From: Octopus sinensis
Lineage: Eukaryota
Reading direction: 5' to 3'
DNA length: 45,950 bases
NCBI RefSeq assembly: GCF_006345805.1
Contig: NW_021832729.1
Location: 1 to 45,950 of the forward strand
Shown here one piece after another: positions 12,667-25,400 of the stretch (positions are counted from its first letter, which is position 1; every line of letters begins with the position of its first letter). Position numbers and translations under genes: made by a program. Under the pieces are notes generated by a model, which was not told the DNA's origin, searched no databases, and saw only the letters and a program-made list of their open reading frames with translations.

Positions 12667-13164
12667 AGAGATATAGAAGAGAGACAGACTGAGAAAGACA
12701 GTGAGACTGAAGGACAGAAAAGAGAGAGAGCAATTTGTATATCTTGCTGTAGATATACTAAAAGATCACAATACTATGGTCTTCGTCTTGAGAAGACATC
12801 CTGTATAAACGTATAGTACTAAAAAGCACAGAAATATCAGTAGAAGAGAAAAGTGTCCAGCAGTGATATTAAAATTGCTATGTCTGTGATTTCTGCGCAT
12901 TTGCGCATAATCGGTAGCAAGTATCCACTATCACCGCATACTTAGACAAATTTCCCTTGTACTGATATATAGAATAAGAGAGGTTAGCACTATACGTCTA
13001 TATGATATACCTTCTCGGGACGAATACCGCAATAGTGTGGCTTTCATTTAGTATATCCGCGCTAAGTAAGATATAAAGATTGCTAGTCGGTACTAATACT
13101 GATTCCATCCGCCAATAACGAATACACGCGCGCGTGCGTGTTCGTGTGTGTGTGGATTATGTAT

Positions 13165-13300
13165 AACTTCCGTCTACCAAACACTACTCACAAGGCATTG
13201 GCAATAGTAAAAGGCATTTGCTTAATGTTTTACGCAGTGAGATCGAACCTGTAACAACATAGTTGCGAAGAAAACTTCTAAACCATACAGCAATGCCTTA
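13165..13300 (-). mobile_element. Diverged SINE-A left arm
   Basis: CTTCCGTCTACCAAACACTACTCACAAGGCATTGG...CGCAGTGAGATCGAACC resembles the SINE-A head on minus. Confidence 0.6.
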
Positions 13301-14243
13301 TATGCTAGATTCACCCAACTTCAGTCGTACATTGGGTATTGAACTTGACATTGCAAGCTAGCAAAAAGAATAAATGAAAGTTTATCACATTCATGCATCT
13401 CTCTAGAGCATAAATGACATGTAACATACGTGAAATGTGTTATTGGAATTGTGGTTTGAAAAGAGATTTTTTTTTTTAGCTTGTGGTGTTCTTACTTCTC
13501 TTCTACACCCTTTTGTCTCAGCTCTGCTCTTTACGTTCTATCATGTAAGCTGCAGAGGTATATTTTTACCTCTATGTATTGTAAACTCTTCTAATAAATC
13601 TTTCAAAATAGTTCCTCTTTCAAATATATGATTTACGTAACTTTCGCGTTGTGTGTTTTTAAATATAACACATAGTAAAAAATATATTGAAATTCTTATA
13701 TATTGCACTTTTTCTTTTTTATTTATATAATACTCTTTCTTGCTTTCTCTTTATAGTCGAAATGGTGAATTTAAAAATATTTCTTGTATATAATTACAGC
13801 AAGCATAGATGGTTGAAATCAGTAAATTATATTTTTAAATCTTATATATATATATGTAAGTAGAGTCGGAGAATTATTTTGGCACCAAAATTCCCAAGGA
13901 ATGATGAAATACAAATAGTTGATAGCTTCATGGAAGTTAACTAAATAGCATTTTTTCTGCTTCTTTTTATATATAAGAACTCTTACTTTTTAGCGTATCA
14001 AAAATAAAGAAATATTGTTGTTGCCACCACTTCCTTTCGTGTCTATTAAAAGTTTTGATGGAATATTTTTACAGAACAGAGAAGAAAAAATACTAATTTT
14101 AGTTTCAGTTATTCTCAAGACTATTTCAGTACGGTGCAATTACTCTGATTTCTTATGAAGAATTAATAAACAGAACAGAAAATATGTTTACATGATGCAC
14201 CATTGTTCCGACGTGTAATTCGATAGTCTTAAGCAACAAAGAA

Positions 14244-14456
14244 TTCAAACTTTGGTGCAAGGCCAGCAATTTCGGGGGAGAGGTAAATCGATTACATCGA
14301 TCCTAGTTTTTGACTGGTACTTATTTTTCCGACCCCGAAAGGATGAAAGGCAAAGTCTACCTCGGTGGAATTCGAACGCAGAACGCAAAGACGGACGAAA
14401 TGTCGCTAAACATTTTGCTCTGCATGTTATTAATACTGTAAGGAAGCTGCAACCTT
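14244..14456 (-). mobile_element. SINE-C body with alternative tail type 2
   Basis: Body GACCCCGAAAGGATGAAAGGCAAAGTC as in SINE-C; after the GATGTAATCGA motif the minus strand reads TTTACCTCTCCCCCGAAATTGCTGGCCTTGCACCAAAGTTTGAA instead of tail 1. Confidence 0.75.
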
Positions 14457-14469
14457 CCAGTTCTGGCAA

Positions 14470-14620
14470 AGGTATGACAGCATGGTTTAGAAGTCCGCTT
14501 CACAATAACATGACACCAAGTCCGGTTCCACTGCATAGCACCTTCGGCAAGTGTCGCCTATCAAACCCTCTGGTCAACCCCAGCCTTGTAAGTGAAGCTT
14601 GTTAGGGAGGAACTTTGAGG
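14470..14620 (+). mobile_element. Diverged SINE-A left arm
   Basis: CGGTTCCACTGCATAGCACCTTCGGCAAGTGTC...CCTTGTAAGTGAA matches the SINE-A head/core. Confidence 0.55.
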
Positions 14621-15129
14621 ATGGACAATAAAGATGTAGCAGCATACGCCAACGCCACTTCATCCAGAAAATAAATTTATGAAGTTCTACAAGTACTTAT
14701 GATGGATCTGGAAATGACTTGAGCACCACTTGCCTCTAGCGAGCCTTTGTTAATCATAAAATTAACTAATATTTTTTCGTCCCTTTCTTATACCTTTCTT
14801 CTTGAAGTCCGCGAGAAAACGGATTACCAAAGGATTACCACCGCTACCCTTCCTCAAAAAAAAAGGGGTAACATAAAAAACAAACGAGTTTACGTTGTAG
14901 ATTGATTGCTGATTAAATTATTTCGTTTCACTTCACTTACAACACATCAAAGATATCTGAGTGCAGTCGATATCCGCCTGCTGGAGAGGAATCAGGTCCA
15001 CCCTGAAGACTTCCCTAATCTTGACTCCCTAAACAAAAAGACAAAGTATTCCCATGATATTCCGAACGACTCATTGCAATACCTCAGAGAACATTTTCAC
15101 TCCTGTAAGAGATATTGGCAGAAATAAAA

Positions 15130-15330
15130 CCAGAGGTTGGATGAACTCTGACTTTCTATTTTACTACACCTGGATCTGTAGGATAATGAAATTAACAAGA
15201 TCCCGATAAGTTGGAGCATCGTCTTAACTGAAAACCTATATTCAGACAGTCCAATAATCACTTCGATTTGTTGAACAAGAGATCGGAAATATCCGCTTGA
15301 ACAAATTTTTCTTGACAAAATTTCAATTAC
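15130..15330 (+). pseudogene. Penelope-like GIY-YIG endonuclease C-terminal remnant
   Basis: Peptides NKIPISWSIVL, DLLNKRSEISA and NKFFL resemble the I.WSI...LLNKRSE...NKF C-terminus of PLE endonucleases; heavily deleted. Confidence 0.45.
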
Positions 15331-15633
15331 ACATAATTTAAAAACCGCCCGTCACTACTTGCACGGATCGTTGGTTAAAAATACACTCCAACACCAGACA
15401 GTAATTCTTCTTAGCACAGCACCATACTGACCACTTAATCCTTACTCACTCCCTCATAGTGGCACATCTTTCTCTTATACAAGACCATTTCTTACACAAT
15501 CCTTCCTCCCCATGTGGAGCGAGCCAGCTCCATATAGACAGGCGTCATATCAAATATTTAGATCGGATACAAATTATCCATGGTTCAAAACGCTGCTTAC
15601 TTTTTACTCAACCTGATATATTTATATATATAT

Positions 15634-16451
15634 ACTAGCAGTATTGCCCGGCTCGTGCGCTCGTGCGTTCTATGCACGCGCGAATTAAGCTAAACTTGGA
15701 TGAAGTTCAATCAAAATTCAATTATTTTGGTTTTAAAATCAAGCATTTAATGCCCTCTATTTTTGCGCTTATGTGTTCCATTTCCTCAATAGGAAGTACG
15801 TAGAAGCGTTTCATAAATTTTTGTTGATCAAATAATTGCATTGTTGAATTATTCTTTTAGATCAGTATTTCTCAACGGGGATTTCAGGAGAGAGTTTCAG
15901 GGAGTCGCTGGCGATGTATCGTGATGATCAAAAATCCGGCCTGCTAAAATTTGGTTAAAGTGATTCAAACTGCAGACTCAACGCAAAATGGTCACATTTA
16001 ATTCAAAGCGTTAAAAATGTTATGAAAACAATTGGTATGTGTTCACAAAGTCCAAACGATTAATACGAAAAAACCCTCCAGGCTACATCCCGAAAATTCA
16101 TTTCTTTGCCGAATTTCTACAATGTTTACGGCGATTCGTTTTTATATCTTGATTTTTTTATTTTTCATGCAATTTACGCATGCTTGCACGCGTGATGAAC
16201 ACAGTTCACGTCAAACAGCTGACTGAGTAAAGTACTCTATTCAATGCATGGGATAAGGCCTAAACAAACACATTATCGATTTTTGCACTTGCGAGATGAA
16301 TTTCGGAACAGAAATAGCGCAGTTCAATTTTCATTCGCCTAAACTTTAAGTGATCCATTTTTGGTGGTTCTACGATTTGTTGGCTAGGAGGATGTGCCGG
16401 GAAGTTAAACACACAGACACCACAGATACACACACAGACACACAAGTTGAG

Positions 16452-16530
<79 letters not shown>
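15634..16530 (+). mobile_element. Helentron/DINE-1-like non-autonomous rolling-circle element (right end uncertain)
   Basis: Starts (TA)n-ACTAGCAGTATTGCCCGGC, the same 5' terminus as 31216 (ACTAGCAGTATCGCCCGGC); candidate 3' end ACACAGAC...GAGTTATATATA near 16430-16460. Confidence 0.4.
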
Positions 16531-16533
<3 letters not shown>

Positions 16534-16614
16534 CATATACACACTCACACACTAATATAGTGGAAATCAGCTCGTGAGCATGTAAGACCATTTCTTAAAT
16601 ACAGCAAGTTCGAA

Positions 16615-16770
16615 CAAAAACTCGACCCCAGTACTTGACTGGTACTTAATTTATCGACCCCGAAAGGATGAAAGGCAAAGTCGACCTCGGCGGAATTTGA
16701 ACTCAGAACCTAAGGACGGAATGCCGCTAAGTATTTTCCCCGGCGTACTAACGATTCTGCCAGCTCACAG
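16615..16770 (-). mobile_element. SINE-C head and body, tail missing
   Basis: Homology to 1335-1500. Confidence 0.8.
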
Positions 16771-17096
16771 CATATGGATGGAAATTGACAGTATTGAATA
16801 GTATATCACAACGTATGTTCCTGCTTCCCACACCAGCGTTAAGCAAGTTTCATATTCTCTTTTACTCTTTTACTTGTTTCAGTCATTTGACTGCGGCCAT
16901 GCTGGAGCACCGCCTTTAGTCGAGCAAATCGACACTAGGACTTATTCTTTGTAAGCCTAGTACTTATTCTATCGGTCTCTTTTGCCGAACCGCTAAGTTA
17001 CGGGGACATAAACACACCAGCATCGGTTGCCAAGCGATGTTGGGGGGACAAACACAGACACAAACGTATACACACACACATACATATATATATATA

Positions 17097-17305
17097 GTTA
17101 ATCCAAACAAGAAAGCACAAAAAAAACACAACAACGCGAGGACGTGGAACAAATATAGTATTATTGGACGCTCAGGAAAGAAGGAAAGAAGGGGGGCTTA
17201 ACGTTTCGAGCGGAGTTCTTCGTCGGAAACTTAGGAGAAGGAAAGATCCAGAGAAGGGAAGACAGAGAAAAAAACATCGCCGACGGTACACACGAGGTCA
17301 CATGC
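17097..17305 (-). mobile_element. Penelope-type pseudo-LTR tip nested in the SINE-A (TA)n linker
   Basis: Non-SINE sequence bounded by TA repeats and carrying a minimal hammerhead-like motif. Confidence 0.55.
17196..17230 (-). ncRNA. Minimal type I hammerhead ribozyme-like motif (variant core)
   Basis: Minus strand GTTT-CCGACGA-A-GAAC-TCC-GCTC-GAAA-CG-TT-AAGC: core CUGANGA with U4C, stem II with one mismatch, GAAA, palindromic AACGTT stem III, stem I GTTT/AAGC. Confidence 0.55.
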
Positions 17306-18254
17306 ATATACGATGGGCTTCTTTCAGTTTCCGTCTACCAAATCCACTCACAAGGCTTTGGTCGGCCCGAGGCTATAGTAGAAGACACTTGCCCAGGGTG
17401 CCACGCAGTGAGACTGAACCCGAAACTATGTGGTTGGTAAGCAAGCTACTTACCATACAGCCACTCCTATATGACATTATTTAGAATTACTCTTAATAAT
17501 TAGGCGGCTTTCTGTAGTAACTTCATCGAGTATATATGTGAATGTATATATAATATATATACATATATATATAATATATTTGTGTGTGTGTCTACATACA
17601 TGCAGGCATACATACACGCATGCATGCATGCATACATAAATACATACACTCACACGTATATCATCAAGAAATACGTCAACAACTACAATAACAACATCAT
17701 CAACATCACCATCACCACTAGCAACATCAATAGCACCAACAAGGCTATCATCATCAACAAATACAAGGACATCACCTGCAGTAACAACAACGTGAATAAC
17801 AATAGTAACAACAACAACGCTATACTTTCCGATTCCACTAACTCTCGGCCTTCGGACCCTCTAAGCGTTAAACCCTAAAGATGGCATTATCCTCAAGTAA
17901 CTTCCAATACGTCACCAATGACGTCAATGTACAATGTGTTCAGTGTAATTAATGCTTTAATGAGTATCCGAGCAATTCGATGTCTTACATGTGTATAATG
18001 ACTTGCACAATAAAGTAATCAGATATTAATTAAAGTAAATAATCAGTAGAGAACAAATTCATTAACGTCATAGTTCATTGAATCTACTTTACGAGGACTT
18101 AATTCCCCGGCAAACCGGGTACCGGGTGGAAGATGCGTTAATCCACTGTAAATTGTTTTAGACTCTGTTAACAACGCTTAACTATTGAATATTAAATGTT
18201 TATACAGATTAAAAGCATATTGATATATTCGATACTAATGTAATATAATTATGT

Positions 18255-18767
<513 letters not shown>

Positions 18768-18889
18768 GTGTTTTCTTCGAAAATTATCTAAACAAACTTG
18801 ATGACAGGATTTCTTTCTTTGAGTCAAGACGATTCCAGAGATTTATGAATAAGTGACCGAGTTTATGTGTGTGTGTGTGTGTGTGTGTG

Positions 18890-19190
18890 GAGGCGAAAGT
18901 GGTTAGAGCAGTGGACTCGCGGTCGTAGGATAGCGGTTTCGATTCCCAGACCGGGCGTTGTGAGTGTTTATTGAGCGAAAACACCTAAAGCTCCACAAGG
19001 CTACGACAGAGAGTGGTGGCGATCCCTATTGTACTCTTTCGCCACAACTTTCTCTCACTCTTTCTTCTGTTCGCCTGCTTGCTTAGCCAGCGGGATGGCG
19101 TCAGTTGAAGGCTAAAACAATGCGAAGCGCATTGTGACCAGCGATGTGTAGCAACATCTGATAGCCTGGTCGGTCACGGTGATCACTGTG
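18890..19190 (+). mobile_element. SINE-D
   Basis: Homologous to 9585-9870; 3' hairpin ACAATGCG-AAG-CGCATTGT at 19117-19135. Confidence 0.88.
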
Positions 19191-19496
19191 TGATATATAT
19201 ATACGAGGTTCCACCATGCAAATCGTTGGTTCCGATGGCTGCTGCGTGTGACTGTGGCTTTGAACTGGTTGATATCACCCTTCCTATTCTCCTGATTTGG
19301 TCCCATCTATATAATCTGTTCTCCAACATGAAATAAAACTTGGCTGGGAACCAGTATGGCAGTGATGATGGGTGTCATACCAACTGTTGATGAGCTTTTT
19401 TGACCAGCAGGATGAAAAATTCTTCAACAATGGGATCCAAGTACTGCAACTCTCACATGTACTGAGAGCTATTTTCTTTCGTATGTGCACTTACAT

Positions 19497-19558
<62 letters not shown>

Positions 19559-19962
19559 TTTTTAATAATCCTAGTCACCTTTCTCATGGACTCCTGAAGA
19601 AATGAGTACGACTCGGTGTTTTATCATATAGCTGGTTTACAACTTCCCAATCCAATTTAAATTCCTCAAAAAGGTGTAAAAAAGAGAAATCAAGAGTTAT
19701 TTTTCTTATTTATTTCCGTTTCGATGTTGTAGCTATATGTTATACTTATATCTACTTCTATTTACTTCTATGTTTGTCTTGTACATCACAATTGCTCCAT
19801 CTTTGGACGTTTCCGAGAACAAATCGGGTTTTATCTTTTTTTCACTAGAAGAGGTTTTTGTCCATTTCTGCAAAAAAAATAAATAAATAAATAAAACTGT
19901 GACTTGTTTATCACGACCATTTTCTCGGCGGAAATTAGCCAATCCCGAAAGAGAGAGATGGA

Positions 19963-19964
<2 letters not shown>

Positions 19965-20023
<59 letters not shown>

Positions 20024-20083
20024 GAAGGAAGAAAGAAAGGAAGAAAGAAAGGGAAGAAAGAAATAAAGAAGAAGAAGAAAGAA

Positions 20084-20124
<41 letters not shown>

Positions 20125-20439
20125 GAAAGAAAGGAAGAAAGAAAGAAAGGAAGAAAGATAGAAAGAAAGGAAGAAAGAAGGAAGGAAGAAAGAAAGAAGA
20201 AAGAAAGAAAAGAAAGAAAAGAAAGAATGAAAAAAGAAAGAAAGAAGAAGACGAAAGAAAGAAAGAAAAGAAAGAAAGAAGGAAGAAAGAAAGAAAGAAA
20301 GAAGAAAGAAAGAAAAGACAGAAAGAAAGAAAGAAAGAAAAGAAAGAGAAGAAAGAAAGAAAGAAAGAAAGAAAGGAAGAAAGAAAGAAAGAGAGAAAGA
20401 AAGAAAAAAGAAGAAGAAAGAAAGAAAGAAAGAAAGAAA

Positions 20440-20473
<34 letters not shown>

Positions 20474-20595
20474 AAAGAAAGAAAGAAAGAAAGAAAGAAA
20501 GAAGACAAAGAAGACAAAGAAAAGAAGAGAAAGAAAGAAAAGAAAGAAAGAAATAAAGAAAGGAAGAAAGAAAGGAAGGAAGAAAGAAAGAAATA

Positions 20596-20627
<32 letters not shown>

Positions 20628-20740
20628 GAGAAAGAAAGAAAGAAAGAATGAATGAAAGAAAGAAAGAAAGAAAAAAGAAAAAAAGAAAGAAAGAAAAAAG
20701 AAAAAAAGAAAGGAAGAAAGAAAGAAAGAAAGAAAGGAGT
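19965..20740. repeat. ~780-bp degenerate (GAAA)n homopurine tract
   Basis: Direct reading; gives the poly-K/E/R and poly-F/L/S ORFs. Confidence 0.95.
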
Positions 20741-21139
20741 CTACTTCAGTATTTGACTGGTACCGTATTGACTGACCCTGGAAGTTTGGGTGTTAAATTG
20801 GACCAATAAGATCAAGAGAACAGCTCAACATTACTCTCATCACCGCTATAGTCACATCTATTATAACCAGCGTGAACATCAGTACTAGCACCAGTTAACT
20901 ACCACTTAGTCCGGAGAAAGCAAAAAAAAAGTTGGAGGCAGAATGAAATGGATCAGTGTATAGATATACTGTGCGTATGCGTGACAACGCGGTGAGTGAG
21001 CAGGAGGTGAGCGTGCTTGTGCATGTGTTGTGTGTGTGTGTGTGTGTGTGTGTGTGGAGACATTGTGTTCATTCGATATTTCTTTGAGCCACGATTGAAA
21101 CATTTGCCATCTGAAAGTTTTTCATTTTTTTTTTATCCC

Positions 21140-21879
21140 TCTCTTAACTCTCTCTCTCTCTCTCCCTCTAGCTCTTTCTTTCTCTGTTACTCCCTCTCTC
21201 TCTCTTTCTCTCTCTCTCCCTCTAGCTCTTTCTTTCTATTACTCCCTCTCTCCATTGCTCTCTCTCTTTCTTTCTCTCTCTCTCCCTCTAGCTCTTTCTT
21301 TCTCTGTTACTCCCTTTCTCCATTGCTCTCTCTCTTTCTTTCTCTATCTCTCCTTCTAGCTCTTTCTTTCTCTGTTATTCCCTCTCTCCATTGCTCTCTC
21401 TCTCTCTCCCTCTAGCTCTTTCTTTGTCTGTTACTCCCTCTCTCCATTACTCTCTCTCTTTCTCTCTCGCTCCCTCTAGCTTTTTCTTTCTATTGCTCTC
21501 TCTCTCTCTCCCTCTAGCTCTTTCTTTCTCTGTTACTCCCTTTCTCCATTGCTCTCTCTCTTTCTTTCTCTCTCTCTCCTTCTAGCTCTTTCTTTCTCTG
21601 TTATTCCCTCTCTCCATTGCTCTCTCTCTCTCTCCCTCTAGCTCTTTCTTTGTCTGTTACTCCCTCTCTCCATTACTCTCTCTCTTTCTCTCTCGCTCCC
21701 TCTAGCTTTTTCTTTCTATTGCTCTCTCTCTCTCTCCCTCTAGCTCTTTCTTTCTCTGTTACTCCCTCTCTCCCTTGTTCTCTCTCTCTTTCTCTCTCTC
21801 TCTCCCTCTAGCTCTTTCTTTCTCTGTTACTTCCTCTCTCCCTTGTTCTCTCTCTCTTTCTCTCTCTCTCTCTCACTCT

Positions 21880-21912
<33 letters not shown>

Positions 21913-21915
21913 ACT
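21140..21915. repeat. CT-rich minisatellite, ~55-60-bp monomer with a 226-bp higher-order duplication
   Basis: Monomer CTCTCTCTCCCTCTAGCTCTTTCTTTCTCTGTTACTCCCTCTCTCCATTG repeated; near-identical ORFs start at 21391 and 21617 (offset 226). Confidence 0.9.
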
Positions 21916-22638
21916 CTCCCCTCTGTTCAGTCCTAGATGACAGCCAGAGACAACTTCGTTGATGACAGACGACCATTTTACTATTCTAGAGACAAACTCT
22001 TATTAACCTATTGACTGACATAACCTACCTTTGTGAGGCTTCCGTCCCCCTCTCCTTTAACCTCTCTCCTCTTTACTCTATTTCTATCACATACACACAT
22101 ACATGCATACAGATACACATATTCATGGCCTCATACATACACACACTTCTACAAAGAAACGAATATACCCACACATATAAATACGAATACTCATACACAA
22201 ATACCACACACTTTCACATATACACACACATATACACTCACACTCATATACACAATTTCACACATACACTTCCGCAAACAAAGACATAAATGACACATAC
22301 ACACACACACTCACATTCATACACTCATACACACAGACACACACGCACACACACATACACACGTACACATGCATGCACAGGTAAGCTAATCGGGGATCAT
22401 ATACGACTAATTCTTTTAAGTCAGAAACTTCAAAGCTCTCACGGCGGATTTAGCAGTCTTTCTGGAATTAGTTATTTTGTCAAAAGAGATTTAGAGAATA
22501 TCTCTTCAACGGATTACCAATAACCGTCTCTATTCTCTTATTCTATCATCCTCATTGATTATATTTCTTCCTCTTCAGATTAACTGTTCCATTTCCTCAG
22601 ATTCTCTATTTTCTTTCACCTATTTTTGCTGTAGAAAA

Positions 22639-22719
<81 letters not shown>

Positions 22720-22816
22720 TATATATAATATATATATGTATGTATGTATATATATATGTTATATATATATATATATATGTATATTATATATATATATATA
22801 AATATATATATATACA

Positions 22817-22850
<34 letters not shown>

Positions 22851-22927
22851 GTGTGTGGTGTGTGTTGTGTACATTATATATATATATGACAGAAAGAGAG
22901 ACAGGAAAGAGGGAGAGAGAAAGAAAC

Positions 22928-22969
<42 letters not shown>

Positions 22970-23274
22970 ATGTATATAAACATATATAACTATATGTTTG
23001 TGTGCATGTGCGTGTGCGTGGCGTGTGTATCATTATGTATACATACATACATACATACATACATACATACATACATACATACATACATACATACATACAT
23101 ACATACTTACTTATTTACTTACTTACTTACTTACAGACAGACATACATACGTACATACATACAGCGTTTGAATGTCATATTGTATCACTCCGACAACACC
23201 TTCTGAACAGTAAAGAAAGAAACGAGTACATGCATGCATATTCAAAAGTGAGAGCAACAGAGAAGAACTACTGA

Positions 23275-23880
23275 GCCGTTTCTCTGAGAATACACCTGTC
23301 TCAAGTGACTCAAAAGAGGCTGGGCTGGCCTACCTAAACAGAAGCTTGGGGGAGAAGTAGGCATCATACTAGCAAAAAGCAATGCATAAGTACATATCGC
23401 GTAAGATAGAGGGCAACAACAGCATTGACAGGAAGAGTAGCCTCTCCTGGACTTGTGATAGATGCATTCGCTATCCAGAAGACAGCTACTAGAAACCTGA
23501 TAAGCAAGAGGGACAAAGATACCATGAATCCTCCACTTTTTGATAGAAAATATCGATTCTGCTATACCAGTGTGAAAGATATCAGACACATCATCAGCTC
23601 TCCCAAAATGTCTTCGAGATACTTCTTGCCCATGAGGCATGATATAGCCGCAAAGACTATTTACAATGCTATCTGCATGAAGGATTGCCCTGACATATAC
23701 ATCGAAAGCATATCAGAACCAGCACGTATCAACACCTTTAAAAACAAGGAATACTGGTGGAACACTCCAGTAAAAACAGCAATTCGGGACAAACATAATA
23801 GATTTGATATTGTTCTTTGGAATAAGGAAAAAAAACATGCAGTTGTAGAGGTCAGAATATCTTGGAATATTTGTAGAGGT
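23275..23880 (+). mobile_element. RLE-type non-LTR retrotransposon 3' fragment (R4/Dong-like), family 1
   Basis: ORF 23425-23940: DAFAIQKTATRNL, degenerate CCHC (KYRFC...DIRHIISS), RHD, YWWN...NRFDIVLW...VVEV = zinc knuckle plus PD-(D/E)xK endonuclease. Confidence 0.85.
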
Positions 23881-24442
23881 CAGCGTCGTGTGTGTGCGTG
23901 TGTATGTGTGCATGTATGTATACATGCCACCACCATGTGAATTTTGTTAGAAAAATGAAGGAACTTCAATAACTGATAACATGAAAAATGAATTTAATTT
24001 TATTTATTTAAATTTATTTTAACTCTTCTCTTACAGCATGACTAAATCAGCTTGAAAACGATGGAAACCGGTAACACATTTAGATAAAAATGAAAACATT
24101 TTCTTTCTTTTTCCATTATAAAATTCTCAAAGTTAAATTAGTGAGTTAGTTTGATAATTAGTCATTTAAAATGACCGACACTCGTTTCTGCTGCACATAG
24201 TATCAGTAGTTGCGTATGCAACCCAACACACCATGCCATGCATCTTCATTCAGGTTCTTCTGCAAACATGATTCGAAGCAAACTGAATTTATTAATTCGT
24301 GGCTAGCTTATTTCATTATTCTTCTATGCTTAAGATACAAAGGGAAGTCATTTTAACTAAATAATTATGGTGTATAATTAACTGTTAAATTAATAGAAAA
24401 ATCTAAAGATATGCCCGTCCCAGTATTCTTTGTAATTTTTGG

Positions 24443-24497
<55 letters not shown>

Positions 24498-24508
24498 ATA
24501 AGTACATA

Positions 24509-25174
24509 CAGGGTGCGATGTGTGAATTTTCGTTAGTTTATATTTTTAATTTCGCGCTTGCGCATTTATTGCTTTTGATTTTCTCGACCACAGTAGGGTC
24601 AGGTGGGCACTGTCTGTAAGAAAAACAACACCATAATGCAATTCACTCGGCCAGAAACTTGGAAACGATATGCTGTACTGCTTGGCATTCGCGTCGGAAG
24701 CTCCAATAAGAACATTTCAGTGCTTGGGTGTCAATCTAAAGACAGTGCAATCTGAGGACATGTACCATGAGTGATAAAAATCAAACATCCAGTGAACATC
24801 ATGGTGTTTGGAGTGATCACTAGTGATGTCGGCGTTATGCCTCCATTCATCTTCCCACACGGCTGCAAACTGAACATGGAGGCCTACATCAAGTGCCTTA
24901 AAGAGGTAGTGTTGCCTTGCGTCAAGAGGGTGGCTGCTGGAACACCCTATGTCTAGCAACAGAAGAACCCAGTCATGGCTGTCAGACAATTTCTGCGATC
25001 ACATCACCCTAATATCTGGCCACATAACTCCGTAAAGAACAACCTCCTTGCTTATTATGTGTGGGGTGTAGTTGAGCAAGAGACCAACAAAACTCAATGT
25101 AACACCAGAGATGAAGGGAAGGCAACTTAAACAAGACCGCCCAGAAGAGATACAGAAGATTCCGAAGTCATCTG

Positions 25175-25175
<1 letters not shown>
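24509..25175 (+). mobile_element. IS630-Tc1-mariner (maT/DD37D-like) transposon remnant, internally deleted, right end lost
   Basis: TA|CAGGGTG left end; ATG 24636 MQFTRPETWKRYAVLLGIRVGSSNKNIS; then KHPVNIMVFGVITSDVGVMPPFIFPHG...EAYIKCLKEVVLP...PYV*QQ, SWLSDNF, IWPHNS, YYVWGVVE. Confidence 0.85.
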
Positions 25176-25245
<70 letters not shown>

Positions 25246-25339
25246 GAAGATAGATAGACAGACAGATAGACATATAGATAGATGATAGATGATAGATAGA
25301 TGATGATAGATAGATATATAGATAGATAGATAGATAGAC

Positions 25340-25387
<48 letters not shown>

Positions 25388-25400
25388 TAGTAGATAGATA
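25175..25400. repeat. (GATA)n array at the 3' end of the Tx1 fragment
   Basis: Direct reading. Confidence 0.95.

Larger units (their letters stand above)
16858..17468 (-). mobile_element. SINE-A full length, linker interrupted by a 209-bp insert
   Basis: Right arm 16858-17070 and left arm 17306-17468 match other SINE-A copies. Confidence 0.88.

Noticed and set aside
15863-15900. hAT-like terminal CAGTATTTCTCAAC
   Set aside because: No matching inverted end or 8-bp target duplication found
16450-16530. Recurrent TT/AA phase flips inside long (TA)n tracts (also about 18460, 31180, 31930, 32398, 44210)
   Set aside because: Explained by slippage or by consensus errors in self-complementary repeats; cannot be assessed without reads
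21140-21915. CRISPR-like regular repeat
   Set aside because: No unique spacers, eukaryotic context, no cas genes; it is a minisatellite
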